Shown here piece after piece: positions 23,279 to 35,866 of a DNA stretch of 64,000 bases (its first letter is position 1; each line of letters starts with the position of its first letter). A program made the position numbers and the translations under genes. The notes under the pieces are model-generated. The model saw nothing but the letters and a program-made list of their open reading frames with translations. It had not been told where the DNA came from and ran no database searches. Origin of the DNA: Amoebophrya sp. A120 (Eukaryota; Protista; Dinoflagellata); NCBI GenBank assembly GCA_905178155.1, contig CAJINV010000012.1:2258166-2322165 (forward strand), given 5' to 3'.

Positions 23279-26200
23279 TCACGCATTTATCGGCGGGTGG
23301 TTGTCTGTGTATTCTTCCTGCTCGCCCGGACGGGAAGACGTGGAGAGCTGCATGATATGATCATCGTCGTCCGCCCCTATAACTCGATCAGCACTCTCAT
23401 TTTCTAAGTGGGTAATGTCATTCAAGGCGTCCAGCGCAGAGACGTTCCCTGCTGCCATCGTATAATTCCGACCGAAGGAAAAAGACGACCCGCTTGCATT
23501 TTTCGCACAAGAGCTGGACCACCTGCGCAATCTCAAACTCACTTCGTGCAGGAATTCGGGACTCGCGATGGTGAGATCCCTGCTCGGCGGCTGGGGCTTT
23601 ATTTTGTTGTCATAAGTTTGACGTCGATCACCCTGCCGCGATTTTGACTGGTTTTGATTTCTATCTGCGTATATTTCCCTTCTAGTGTTCGCGGTGGACC
23701 AGGACCGAAACAGCCCTGCTTCAGCCGGTGCAGGAGCTGATTGACCACGGTCGTCGTTGTAGCAGTTGCTGTCATGTGGTGGATCTTCCCGATGGCCATC
23801 AGTGGTTGATGTTTCGCCGCCGGCGCGGTCCACCAAGTCATCTTGTGCACCTCCTGTTTTAACACTCACCGTCGGCCGGCGGAACTGTTGCAACAGTACC
23901 CCATCGGACGAGGCCCTCGGCGGAAGATCTTCATGCAATCCAGATTCTGGATCCAAGGCGACAGTCCCAGTCGTTCCATCCTGCTCTTCCGGCATCAAAC
24001 TCGGAGACGGTCGCGGGTTGATCAGTTTTGCCCGTCGGGTTGGAGGTCTAGCCGTGGACAAATGTTGTTGTTGACTGTTTGAGGATGTCTCAGGGAAAAG
24101 GATCCCCCCGCCGGGTGTCCTGCTCGCGTTGCTGGCTGACGTCGTATAATCCGGCGACCTGTCGTCTGGTGTGTCTTCCCTTTATCCAAGAAAAAACACC
24201 AATTCCCATCCAATTCTTTGTCATGCAAAACATGCAGCATACGCTGCATGAGTCATGCTGAACTAGGTGGGGATAGGTTGATTTTTTCTGTGAATACGCT
24301 TACAGTGTAGTGGTCCACATGGTGATCATCGTGTTGTAGTTGGTCTCTTGCGGGGCTAGGGCTGATGCTGGTTCCACGTATTTTCTCAATAAGATCTCTA
24401 CTCGACGAGAGTGCAGCGGCCTCGTGGAGAATCTTCATAGAACTGGTCGCAGCACCAGTACTGCTAGCCGAACGAGTCTCGTTTTCTTGGGTCCGTGGCG
24501 GAGGAACAACATCAGAAGTAGCCACATGACCCCTACTACTAGCTGCACCTACCCCCCCTTCCGGCGGCGGTGGACTCGCAACACCAGCTACAGACGCCGA
24601 CTCCTGCCGCGGCTGGAAAGGGACACTATGATCTCCCAGCGGTGTGAGAAAGCCCGGTTTGTTAGTGCCAAGAGGTGCATGTCCTTCATGTTCTTGGTCG
24701 TTCTCGCCTTCCTCGCGAGGCAGCGGATTTGTTTCCGCTCTATCACCGGCGTCAGGCGATGCCGTCATGGAGAGAAAATCGGTGCCGGATTCGACATCTT
24801 CTGCAGCCCCCGGTGAGGGGGATGGCGAAGCGGATATACTGCGACTCGTCGGGGGCTGAGCTCTACCACCACCTTCAATATTACCACTTGCCAGATAATT
24901 GCCGGGAGACGCACGACCATCTGCGACTGGGGATCCAGAAGGTTCCCTCCGGTTCCGGTTGCTGCGACCTCCTGGTGCTGCCGAATTCGTACTTGCTTCG
25001 GGTGCGGTCCTCGTTCTTTGTAATTGGCCAGCGGTGGGCGCTTTCTCGGGAAAAATGTTACCTGCGGGCGCAGTGAGCCACCGCTCTAGTGAAGTTAGAC
25101 TGTTCACACGAGGATTTCTTGGCCCAGTCGAAGATGCGCCGTCACCAGGAAGATCCGCGCGAACGCCATGCTCCGGAGTGTGGTGATTATTGACGCCGTT
25201 CCGTTGTTCTTTGCGGTCGTGGTGTTTATTGCGAGGCAAGTTGCGCTGTTGCTGTTGCTGCTGCTTTGAAGCTGCACTACTGGAAGATCCAGCAATTGCA
25301 GGTATCGGAAGCGTCAAGGTAGACGTCGGCGACAGAGAAACGGCTTTCGGTGGTCGACCGTGCTTGTTCGACGACGTGGTCCCGATTTTCTTCTGACTCT
25401 GATTTTTACCAGATGAACCTGCATGCGGCAGGAGAACAATTTGACCGCTACCCGCGCCCAGCTGCGTAGAAGTTGCGCTGCGCCCGCTTAGATGTATGCC
25501 CTTGCCATGATTCCCATTGCCTGTTCCTGAATGGACAGAAGTCGTAGATTGATGCACAGAGTTTCTGTCGTGTGCAGTCATCCGCATCCTTTCGCGCTCA
25601 ACAAGAACGACCTGATCGCTGTCGTTACTACCAGCACTACTAGAGGCCGCTGCCGTGCCCGAATTTGCAGCTCCTCCTGCAGCACTAGAGCCACCACCAC
25701 CACCACCAGCCGCTGCCACGCCGCCTTTAATACCTTGTTGAAGAGTAGATCCGCTACCACCATTCGATCCAGCATTCTGCTCCCGAATTAGAGTTGTACT
25801 ACCGCCCCCGCCTAGATTCAGCAACGCCGTGGTTTTCGTGGTCAAGTACTGGAAGACAAACACCGTGTGCGGCGCCAACACGATCAACAACGCCAGAACC
25901 AGCGCTATCGCTGCAAGGGTTAGGAGAAAGTAAATCAGCCGCTTCTTCATGGCGTAGTGTTTCGTGTGATGGTGCGCTGGTGACGTAGTTGTTCCGGTGA
26001 AGGGCGAACCCGAATTGTTCAGGTTAGCTTTGATGTTCGCAATCGTAGTTGATGTCACGCCTTGTGATGTTGTAGTTAGTACTACACCGTGTTTAATATT
26101 TTTCATCTTGATCAACATGCGCTGCGGTGTGGATTTCGAAACACCAGGTGAAGTAGATGACTGCTGCTCTCCAAACTGCCGTCTGCGGTTCTTTGGCAAG

Positions 26201-29065
26201 CGGAACTTCTTCTGGACCAACTTTTCATTGACAATCTTCATCCGGTTCGCCGGGGTTAGGTTCGGGCTGGTGTTGGTGTGCAGGTAACTCGTCGTGGTGG
26301 AAGACGAACAAGTGCGAATGCCGATTTCCTCGTCAATTTGGTGCTGCTGTTGATGTCCACCGTCTTCTCCAGTGTGGGTCGTCGCGCCCGGCGGGGCGTT
26401 GTCGTCGTGAAGCATAATTTCGTCGTGGTGGAGATGATTATCGTGCTGCCCCTGCTCAGGAGAACATCCCCCCTCAGAGGACAGAAACTCGTCTTCAACT
26501 AGAAGGGAATCATCTTCCTCCTCGTCCTCCTCGTCTCTGTCTAATATCTCGTCCACCGCGGGGCCGCTGCAACTCTGGAGACTGGACATACTCGGCGGCG
26601 CGGGTGCTGAAGAAGGGTTTTTTCGGTGCATATGATTTTGTTCCTGCCACTTGTTGTTTCTGCTTACACCCACCTGCCCACGAAGCTGTGGCTGCGCGCT
26701 GTGTTGCAGCGCAGTAGTAGCTCCGCGGAGATGATGAATCTTCGTCGGGACGAATGAATTCTGGTGTTGCAACTGCAGCTCTCGGCCGCGGGGGTTCTTA
26801 CTGCTCATCTGCAAAAGATTCATTTGATGCAACGGCTGTCCTGATATAGTAACCGAAGACGCGCTGTTCGTCTGTGTCTGGAGCTGAGTATGTTTCGCGG
26901 TTGTGCTTGTTACAACTGCTTCTCCAGAAGCGCAAGATGCACACGACACATTTCCGCAGGTGCTGGGCGAGCCTGTCACGTTCGCATTGTTTCGATAGTT
27001 CGAACTCTTGCTCTCCGACAAGTAAGGCTTGCTCGCCAGCAGTGGCTTCGAAAACAAGCGGGGGCCCGCCCCAGTTCTCGCAGCGGTTTGGCCACTTAGA
27101 TGACCAGTGAGCGCTGCGCTGGAGCCAGGTCGTAACAAGCTCCCTTGATGTATGGGAGTGTCAGGATTTAAATCGTCAGAGTTGAAATAGTTTGTGATGC
27201 ATAAAATGCAAGACACAAAGTGCTTGTCTTGCTGAGTAAGCAAGGGAGGCAGATTGTAAGCCTGTTGAGGGGTAGAAACTGAGCTGCTGAAGTAGCATGA
27301 CAAAAGGCGTATGCCTTACCCAAAAAGCATGACCAACTGGATTTCGGCTCTACCCAAATTTGTCATGCGCCACTTGGAAAATGGGTTACAGCTTTGTTTC
27401 ATCCATTTTATGCATGACAAGTTATCTCAACTTTGTCGATTTCAATCCTGACACATCCATATGATGATGGTAATGCGTAGTTCTAGGCGGGTCGCAGGAC
27501 CGAGACAGGCAGTCGGTGAAATGAGAAGGAGAGCTACAACTTCCGCGCCGGAGGTCATTAACTACATGAGGATAGTTGTGCACCACGACCTGCTCCTGCT
27601 GCCCGTCGTGATGTAATCCTTTATTGTGGGGGTCCAGATCTGCTCCGTAGAGCTGCCTCTGGTGCAGGTCATGATGCTGCAAAAAGTTCGTGTGACCTTG
27701 ACCGGGTCCAACACCTCCAAACGTGGCTAGTACCCGCGACTCTTCCGATAGAAATTCTTCGCGAAAAGATTCCTCCCCAATGAACCTGGTCTCGTCCTGA
27801 TGCACTGCGCGTGGAATAAAGCTGCGTTTGGTGGCGGACGAGGAGGAAGAGTACGTTCTTCTGCCCATAATCCCCCCTGGTACTACGCTGTTTTTCGACA
27901 ACTGTGGCGACGAATGGGTCGGAAGAAAAATCCGGTCGCAGCTGCGACTAAGCCTCGGAATTTGATGTTGCGTTGTTCGTGGAACAGAAGTACTAATATC
28001 CAAGGCCGCGGGCGGAGAAATGCCGCCGTCGGTTTCGCTGTCGGTGGGAAATAAATGAGGCTGGTGGTGGCTTGGGGCACGTGGTTCTCGTTGATGCCCG
28101 GCGGGGGCTCCTCTAGTACCGTCCTGAAGATGCGAGGCACCACGCTCCAATCGGCTAAGCTTCGTGTGACCACGCCGCTGATGTTGATCAGAGGGAGCTG
28201 CTCCTTCTTCCGCATCACGCGGTGCAACATCTTCTTCGTCCCCAGCGTGGCTCCGCGTTCTTCGGTGTTTTTGTTTTCTGCTGCTTGTTCTTTTCAGCGA
28301 CAGCGCCACAGCTCTACTTCGGTCAACCACGTGGTGGCCCTTGCCTCCAGCATGATCCTCTGTGTTCTCGAGATTCTGCTCATTTTCGTTTTCCCCCGCT
28401 GGTAGAGAGGAAGAAAATAACGAACTCGAGCTTGTCGCTCTCGATAAGTGCAAGGCGTCTTCCAGGTTCTCCAAAAGCGACAAGACCGTCTCATCTTCTG
28501 GCTTGCAACCCCCATGTTGACCTGCGCCAGAAGTACTAGCGCCCGAATTGTTGTTCCCAAAATTCAGGTCCTGCTCGGAATATGGCGGGGAAATGATCTG
28601 CGACACAAACGCGCTGGTGTTAGCACTAGTATTTATTCCGGTTACCAGGTTCACAGGAGTGGATTGGTTCAGCTTCGCCGTTTGTCTCCCGTGCTTCGTC
28701 GCACTCTGGACACTCGTGGTCCTACGAAGGGAACAAGAAGCAGACGGCGCTGTAGCTGCAGCAACGCTGCTGTTCGCATGCGGAAGAGAACGAGCGTGGT
28801 CGAGTGGATCGAGGTTCTCCTTCTGCTCCTCCGCTTCGGGTAGGGAGTGCAACCTTGGTAATAAAACCGGATCCCGGGCCATTTTAATGTTCTTTGCGGA
28901 GCAGGTCTGCGGCGGCTGCGGGCGGTGGGGAAGTGATCCTCCTTGCAGTTGATCGTCCTGCTCTGGGGGCAAGTAGGAGGTATTGCGGAATGAATTCTGG
29001 GCAATGACGTTCTCATGGTCGTGTGGCTCGCCGATCATTGCCATTACAAGGAGCTGTACCTGCAC
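23279..29065 (-). CDS. Very large low-complexity (S/G/Q/H-rich) protein with one transmembrane helix; start uncertain
   Basis: ORFs 27422-29065 and 24253-27303 join in frame on removing 27151-27461 (YHH|QGSLL). A probable further intron at about 24180-24305 (boundaries unresolved) leads to ORF 23279-24061. TM LIYFLLTLAAIALVLALLIVLA. Confidence 0.7.
27151..27461. mobile_element. Introner/MITE family E
   Basis: Ends tatgggagtgtcaggatt...aatcctgacacatccata; repeat tgatg; closely similar to 57308-57614. Confidence 0.95.
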
Positions 29066-29725
29066 CAGCGAGGTGGCTGCTCCCGCGGGGAAGAAAACAA
29101 AACAAGAACGACGCGATGCTGAGAGGACGAAGTCGATGTTCGTTCCTCAGAAGACTCATTTTAGTGTGGTTTCAACAGACAAAATAAAGAGGAAGCAGTG
29201 CTGTAATTCCCGGCCAAGAAGGACAACATTTACAACGTGATACTCACATACAAGCACAAATTGTAAGAAATGACCTGCTGGCTCCCTTCGGGATAAAAAG
29301 CTACGACCTAGAAACGAATTGTTAAAAACGATTCTGACAAAAATAATGCGTGTACCATGTACAAATTCGTATACCATGTACAAGAACTTTTGTGTTTTTT
29401 TGAAAGCGACGGCAAGGTCTCTCGAGCAGGGGGAGGGGCAAGCGAACAAAACCTTACGGGGGAATACTACCCTCAAAACCATCCTGGTGCATCATCTCTA
29501 ATCCATGAACAAGAAACGTAAAACGTGGTTATCGGAACCAATGTAGTTTTGTTTGATTGTGTTTTGTCGTGGTAACAGGATGAAATTGAAATTTATTCCC
29601 TGATATAATACCAGAAACACAGCGGAAAAGATGTCGCTTGTGGTTGGTGCCGAAAGAGTAGAGTTCTTGCCGTTGGAAAAACGTATAGAAGCGCCGCAAG
29701 CAGGACTTGTTGTCGTCGTATTCTT

Positions 29726-31923
29726 TTACTTCATCCTTTTCCAGTAGAAATTCCAATCCAGCAATTTTCCCAACTCAAGTTCCCGTTCGATGAACAGATT
29801 GGGGTCAAATTTCTTAAATTCATCGGCCCACTCATCGTCCAGTTCCCAGATGTCGATCAACTCCAATTCCCACAGCTTGCCCGCCATGAGCACACAGTAC
29901 AACGCGTCCCATTTGCTGTTCCACTTGAATCCGTTTTCTCCATCTAAAGCCTCGAGCTGTCCGCAGAACGCTTCCGCGGTATCGCGGGTTTTACTCCCGA
30001 ATTCGATTATCTCCGTCCACTGCTTGCAGAGGTTGCGGGACTCGAGGGAGCATTGTTTGATCGCCGTTGGGGCGCTGAGAAACTCCGGCTTCGAATTATC
30101 TTTGTCTACGCTAGCTGCTTCTCCTTCTGCTGCTGCATTTTCTTGGCTTATTATCTTTGCCTGCACCAATAGTGGTTTCAGAATTTCTATTGCGTCGCTA
30201 CATCGAAATCTGTTTTCCATTTTTTCCTCCAATAGCCCGCTCATTAAGGTCGTAAATGGTGTGCCCGGCTTTAATTTTTGCTTAAACTCCGCCAACTCCT
30301 TGAATGCGTCTCTGTCCCGCTCCGCTTGTATCGTTTTTTTCTGCAGAATCTCGGAGAAGATCACACCCATGGACCACATATCCGCCCGTTCGTCGTAGTC
30401 CTGTCGGCCCTGAACCACCTCGGGTGCGATGTACGTACTTGTGCCGACCTATCAACCGCAAATATGTCTGGGTCTGGAAGAGTGCAAGGCTTGTCATGCA
30501 TGTTTTCCATGACCCATAACGCCTGTAATGCATGACCTAGCCTCACAGAGTTTTACAAGGCTTCCTGATGCCTATTCCGCATGTCAAATGCCCTCCCCGC
30601 GTAGCACAAACTGGAGCTGGACTCCTCTTGATGGTCATGCAATACAAATCTCTTTCGAATCCAAACACAGCATCACAAGTTCCATCCGTCCAGGCCCAGA
30701 CACATTTGCAATGCATACGACCTCTGCGGTGAGCTTCTGCTTGTTCCCCTCGGCGTTTTTGTTCTGCTTCTTCCCTTATCAAATGTAAAAATGTCTGGGT
30801 CTGGAAGAATTCATGTTTGTCATGCTTGTCTGGCATGACTCTTAAATCTGTCATGCACGTTACCCAAGAGCTCCGTTTTTCTGTGATGCAGAAGCGCAGT
30901 TTGTCATGCAGAATAGGCAACACCTAGGAGCTCAGAAACTTGTCATGCTGAGCCAGCATTTGTAGCCTCATCATGAGACGCCACCCAGCATCACAATTTT
31001 CCAGACCCAGACATTTTTACATTTGATATCTCGTGTTTTTCCTTCCGTTTTTGAGAAGCGGATTTCTTGGATTTTCTCACATTTTTATCTTCTTTGTGGT
31101 CGGAGAAAACGGGATCCTTGCCGAAGAACTTGCACAGGGAGAAGTCGATTAAAACGGGTTTCAGCATCGTGGTTGGTTTACTAGAAGATGTTGCTGGAGT
31201 TTTATTCCCATTCCCGGATGAAGCAGTTGTTGGTGCCGCACCAGCTCCAGCGACTTCTTCGTCGTAAACCATGATGTTGTCCGACTTCAGGTCTCGGTGC
31301 ATGATCCCCAAATCGTGGAGGAATTTTAACGCGAGAAGGCTGTAGTACATGATGGAGAGAGAGTCCTTCTGCTTCGTTAGCTGCATGTATGAGAGTGCAC
31401 AACTCCTCCTTCTCCCCCTCATTTGTATAGCATGACCAGCAAAAATACAAACACCAGCTCCAGCACACGTGTATTTGTGCATGACAAGTAGCTTATGCAC
31501 GGATTGTAGTGCTGTTCTTTGAGCTTCCAGCATTTGTCATGCAAACAGGGGAGGGGGACGAGTTGTGCACTGTCATAGCTTGTTCTCGATCAAGTGGTAA
31601 AGATCTGACTTAAACTTGGGCATGATCATGCACAGCCCGCCCTCTTCGATCGTCGTGATGTCCAAGCACGGGATAATTTCCCGCGGGTAGTCCCTTATCT
31701 GGCTCAGCAGCCGCAGCATGGCGATCTCACGGAGCACGGCGGAATCGATGTCACCTTCGTCGGACTCCTCGAAGCGTTTGGCGGCAAATTCCTCCCCGTC
31801 CTCGTTGTACACCACCATAACGGAGCCGAAGGACCCCTCGCCGAGCGCGTTGGTTCGGAAGTAGGCGCCATGTTGGAGGGGCTTGATTTTTGCTGGCGGT
31901 GTCAGTACCACGGGGGTCGTCAT
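29726..31923 (-). CDS. CDK-like Ser/Thr kinase fused to a C-terminal cyclin-box-like domain; 3 introner insertions
   Basis: LGEGSFGSV, AAK, DSAVLREIAMLR, HRDLKSDN, DFS, GTSTYIAPE, ADMWSMG; C-terminal LYCVLMAGKLWE...FIERELELGKLLDWNF. Confidence 0.9.
30450..30717. mobile_element. Introner/MITE family B
   Basis: Ends tatcaaccgcaaatatgtctggg...cccagacacatttgcaatgcata; repeat cgacc; removal restores AEVGTSTYIAPE. Confidence 0.95.
30777..31028. mobile_element. Introner/MITE family B
   Basis: Perfect long TIR tatcaaatgtaaaaatgtctgggtctggaa; flanking repeat degenerate (tccct/tctcg); frame still restored. Confidence 0.92.
31388..31577. mobile_element. Introner/MITE family F
   Basis: Ends tatgagagtgcacaactc...gagttgtgcactgtcata; repeat gcatg/gcttg. 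Confidence 0.93.
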
Positions 31924-32424
31924 TTTGGTGTGCGAGGGCGGTCGGTGTCGCGGCTTATTGTTATTTCAAGTCCAACATGCGAAAACAAAATTAAAATATG
32001 AAGATGAACTGTAATCTCAGTTGCCTTAGATACCGCATAGGTTCGGTTCCGCTGTCTTGTGAGTGCTAGACTGATCAAGAAAATTTAGAGCCTGAGCAAG
32101 AGCCTGTGGGATCTTGACTACCTTCAGCTTCATGATCACGTACTTTACTATACATCCACAGCAAAGTAGTGGCCCATCACCTCTGAAATCTGGCTCCTGA
32201 GCAAAAGATGCACAGCGCACCAGCTTGCACTCAAAAGCATTTAGTGAAGAACTTGCACATTTATCGTCGTAATTTCGTATACATGTCCTGAACAAGGAGT
32301 CGGTGCCGCAGCACTGAAAAGGCCGCTGCGGGAGCTGTGGCAAGCCAGAGGAAGACTGGCAAATAAATCGCGCCAACAATTTCGCTGCTTCATTCGTCGC
32401 TACTTCAATACTTATCCACTTCAT

Positions 32425-34749
32425 TTACAGTTTCACAAATCGAAATTCGTGCAGTCCCTGTTTCCGGATATCCTCTACCAGCAGCGCAACGGCCGCTTCC
32501 GACCACTGCTGGTTGCAGCAGAAGAAAATTCTCCCCCCAACCGCCGCGATCACTGGCTTCCCAGCATATTTCTCTTCTCCAACTGTCGTTCGAAACAAAG
32601 TTTCCTTCCGTCTGTTCCACTGATCCGCGACTTGCTGGGCGAAGAAGGCAGGGAAAGAATCGGGCGATTTTCCTGTGCGGTTGAAAAAGTCAACATCTGG
32701 CTCGAGCGGCTTTGTTCGGTCATAAGGGAAGAGAGTACGGACGCGGATGGAGAAAGAGACAAGAGAATTTTTCCTTTCAGAGGATGTGCCTGCTGATGGA
32801 GTTGCGACGGCAGCCTCTTGCGCCAGCAGGTCGTCTTCAACACTCGCTACCTCTCGTAACCGCTCCAATACCTTTGAACTGCTCTGCGGTGCTGCATTTG
32901 CTGAAGATGCCGCGCAGCTTGCAGGCCCCTCTAACTCCTCCGCAATCTCCTCTTCACTCACGCCTGCTCTGTCCAAATTGGTCCCGATCAACGTCAGTTT
33001 TGAGTAGGGCGTGATCCCGTTTTCCCAATCTTCCACGGTCAAATCCATCCGGTAATCCCCGCTCAAATTCCACACCCACTTCTGCTTTCCCACATGCAGC
33101 ACACCCTTGGCGCGCCATATTGAGATGGTGGTACTCGTCGTCGTCGCTGCGTGAGAATTCCCGTCCAGTTTGGTGCTGGTGAATCTCGCCGACAACCCGC
33201 TGAGGAACCGCAAGACGTTCCCTATTTCCAACGAGGTCAAGGACTTGTTGTAGTCCAAGGTTCCAAATTGCGGTATCAAATGGTCTAGCGCGACCTCGTT
33301 TTCTTCACGGCGTTTTTCGCGCTTTATTTTCTTCGATGAAATTGATGCTGTATTTGTCGCTGCTAGATTTCCATCGCCTGCGGCTCCGGTGAAATCGCCA
33401 GCAGCATGATCATCCTCATCCTCATCATCGCTCGGTTCCTCATTCAAATACGGATCTAACACTTTCAGCGTCTCGCTCTGTTCGTGTGACACCACTCTAG
33501 CGCCGGTGTGATCGGAATTCGTGCTGGTAACCGCGAGAATTTTGGAAATCGCCACGTCCCGCATCATGGCCCCTGCGATGGTGATTGGCAGAGAGGTGGG
33601 AGAGGATGATAGATTTTTCCCCGAAGATGTTGCAATGTTGAGTTTCTTCAAAATCCTCTCGACCAATTCGTCTCTTCTCCTTTCCTCTTCTTCTGGCGAG
33701 ACAATCTCCTCGCAGATGAAAAACGACCCGTCTTCCGGAGAGCTGTCGGTGCTAGCGGGGCCAACAGGCTCAAGGGCACTGTCTCCGCCTTCTGTCGGAC
33801 GACTCGTCCTTTTATCACAACTTCCCGCCCCAGCCCCATAAACCTCCTCCAGCAAAAACTCCAGTTTGTTCAAAACCAGCGAATCAGCGTTTTCCAGCTG
33901 CCGGAAGACCAGCTCCATTTTCGCTTCATCATACTCCAACACTTCTGAGCAGTCGATGACGCAAACCACTTGGTCTAATCGCACCCGGTACAGGCTCCCA
34001 AAGCTTTTGTTCATCATGTCGCAGACGCGAAATGGGTCCTCCGCCCCGGACAATTCCAGCAAAACGTAGTCGAGATTCCCCTCATCGATCCCCTCGGTCA
34101 AAAAAATCTTCAACGTGCTCGTCAGCGAAGATTCATAATTCGCGCGGTCGCACCCGCAGCAGCCGCCGCCGTGCAAGGGGATGACCCACCCCTGGTGCTT
34201 AATCTGCGCGAAAAGGCCGTGGTCGGATTTATCCTTGAAAAAACCGTTCAGAGAGCGGCCGGAAATTGCGAAGTCATGGTTGCTGGTCGTATAGTTGGTC
34301 CCTTGTTGGCCGCCGTGGCGGTGGACACCAAGAGTTTTATTTGTGTCGTTTTGATAGTTTTTGTCCTCCTCGACGTCGTCGTCCGGCGTTTTGCAAATAT
34401 TCCCGTCCTCTTCGCGAAGATTTGAAACACCTTCATTTTTTCTCGCCTTGTCCCCTGCGATTAAATGTGAATCAATGTTCACCGTGGCCGCCTCGTGGAC
34501 ACAGGTCGCAAGGCGTAAATTCAACCGATTGTTGCAGACATGGCGAAGCAAAGTGGTTTTTCCGCTACCGAGAAAACCGGTTACCACGACGATTGGCAGG
34601 GCCTTTTTGCGCTTTTTCGCGAAAATCGCGTAGTGCTCCTCCCGTTTTAAGCTTTGGAGTTCACGGAGAATGGTGGCGTCGGACAGAGGATTTGTCGGGT
34701 GACTCGCAACTCCATTTTGATGGGGACGGCTTTGGGGGGCCATGACCAT
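32425..34749 (-). CDS. COG0523/CobW (ZNG1/CBWD-like) G3E P-loop GTPase metallochaperone, intronless
   Basis: VVTGFLGSGKTT, Cys cluster GCCGC, ELSGAEDP, LVLNK, C-terminal WRAKG and SKLTLIG. Confidence 0.9.
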   Translation of the reverse strand: MVMAPQSRPHQNGVASHPTNPLSDATILRELQSLKREEHYAIFAKKRKKALPIVVVTGFLGSGKTTLLRHVCNNRLNLRLATCVHEAATVNIDSHLIAGDKARKNEGVSNLREEDGNICKTPDDDVEEDKNYQNDTNKTLGVHRHGGQQGTNYTTSNHDFAISGRSLNGFFKDKSDHGLFAQIKHQGWVIPLHGGGCCGCDRANYESSLTSTLKIFLTEGIDEGNLDYVLLELSGAEDPFRVCDMMNKSFGSLYRVRLDQVVCVIDCSEVLEYDEAKMELVFRQLENADSLVLNKLEFLLEEVYGAGAGSCDKRTSRPTEGGDSALEPVGPASTDSSPEDGSFFICEEIVSPEEEERRRDELVERILKKLNIATSSGKNLSSSPTSLPITIAGAMMRDVAISKILAVTSTNSDHTGARVVSHEQSETLKVLDPYLNEEPSDDEDEDDHAAGDFTGAAGDGNLAATNTASISSKKIKREKRREENEVALDHLIPQFGTLDYNKSLTSLEIGNVLRFLSGLSARFTSTKLDGNSHAATTTSTTISIWRAKGVLHVGKQKWVWNLSGDYRMDLTVEDWENGITPYSKLTLIGTNLDRAGVSEEEIAEELEGPASCAASSANAAPQSSSKVLERLREVASVEDDLLAQEAAVATPSAGTSSERKNSLVSFSIRVRTLFPYDRTKPLEPDVDFFNRTGKSPDSFPAFFAQQVADQWNRRKETLFRTTVGEEKYAGKPVIAAVGGRIFFCCNQQWSEAAVALLVEDIRKQGLHEFRFVKL

Positions 34750-35866
34750 GGTGTGCGGGTTTCTTTGGGGCTGCTGCGGAAACCAAATTAGTTCTTGCTT
34801 CAGGAAATAAAACTGAAGATCAAATCGATGAATAGCAGCTGAAATAGTTGGAGTCGTGGGGGGTGATGAAAACTACTCGCTTATTGGAAGTCGCATTTTC
34901 AGAAACTTGGAGGTCGTGTGGGTCAAGAAAAGTGTCATGGTGTTGAGCTTCACCTTGTGGGGGACAGAAAGTAATCCAGATAAAAAGATAAGAACCTGCA
35001 CTGAAAGCGGTGAAATAGAAAAACACGACGGTTAGAAATGGTTTCGAGTCCACTTCTTCGTGGAAGTCATATGTCCTTCACCACAACGTAGTAGACCGAG
35101 TTTGCTTTTCTACTTTTCAGGTTAAAAATTGATCCTCTTGATGCTCGTCTTGAGAAAGTGCCTGGAAGATGGTGAGCTGGCCTGCTCCATTTGGTAGCAG
35201 CAATAAAGGAAGATCTTGTACTAAGCAAAGACAGATCTTGTACAAGCGCAACCCCAACCCTTTTTTTTTGCTATATTTGAATGAGAAGTTATGATTCTCC
35301 TGCTGCAATTGATTTTGCTCTTCTTGAACAAGTATTCACACATATCAGGGTTCGTCACCGACAAAAAAAACACATCCACTCTACCCACGTACTCACACAC
35401 AAAGCCTGCTCCTACAACACACAAAAAAAGACGGAACAATGCCGAAAGCTGTGCGGCGAAACGCACTGTTATCGAGGAGCGCCAACGCTCCTAAAACAGC
35501 GTCGGTCTCCGGATCATTAACGCGTTTGAAGTGACGGACCCAAAATGTTGTTGAAACGATTGAAATTCTATCTTTATTGCGTTTGGCAGACAAGCAGAAA
35601 CAAGTTTGCATTTTAACAGACAAACAGATTGCAGAGCACAAAAAGATTGATTTGTCTTGTGAATTAGTTGCGATTCGCAGACCGAAATTTTTCTTATTTA
35701 TTGTTCATTGATACAACTTCAAGTACCAGAGCAAAAACTTAAGTATCCATCGAAACTCCGAACTGAGATGAGATTAAGCTCTCAGCTGCGTCAGAATGTC
35801 ATCTTCACAACAATGTGCAAGAAGAAAAACTACCTCCACATAAACCATACCCCTCTCGAGGCCCCT

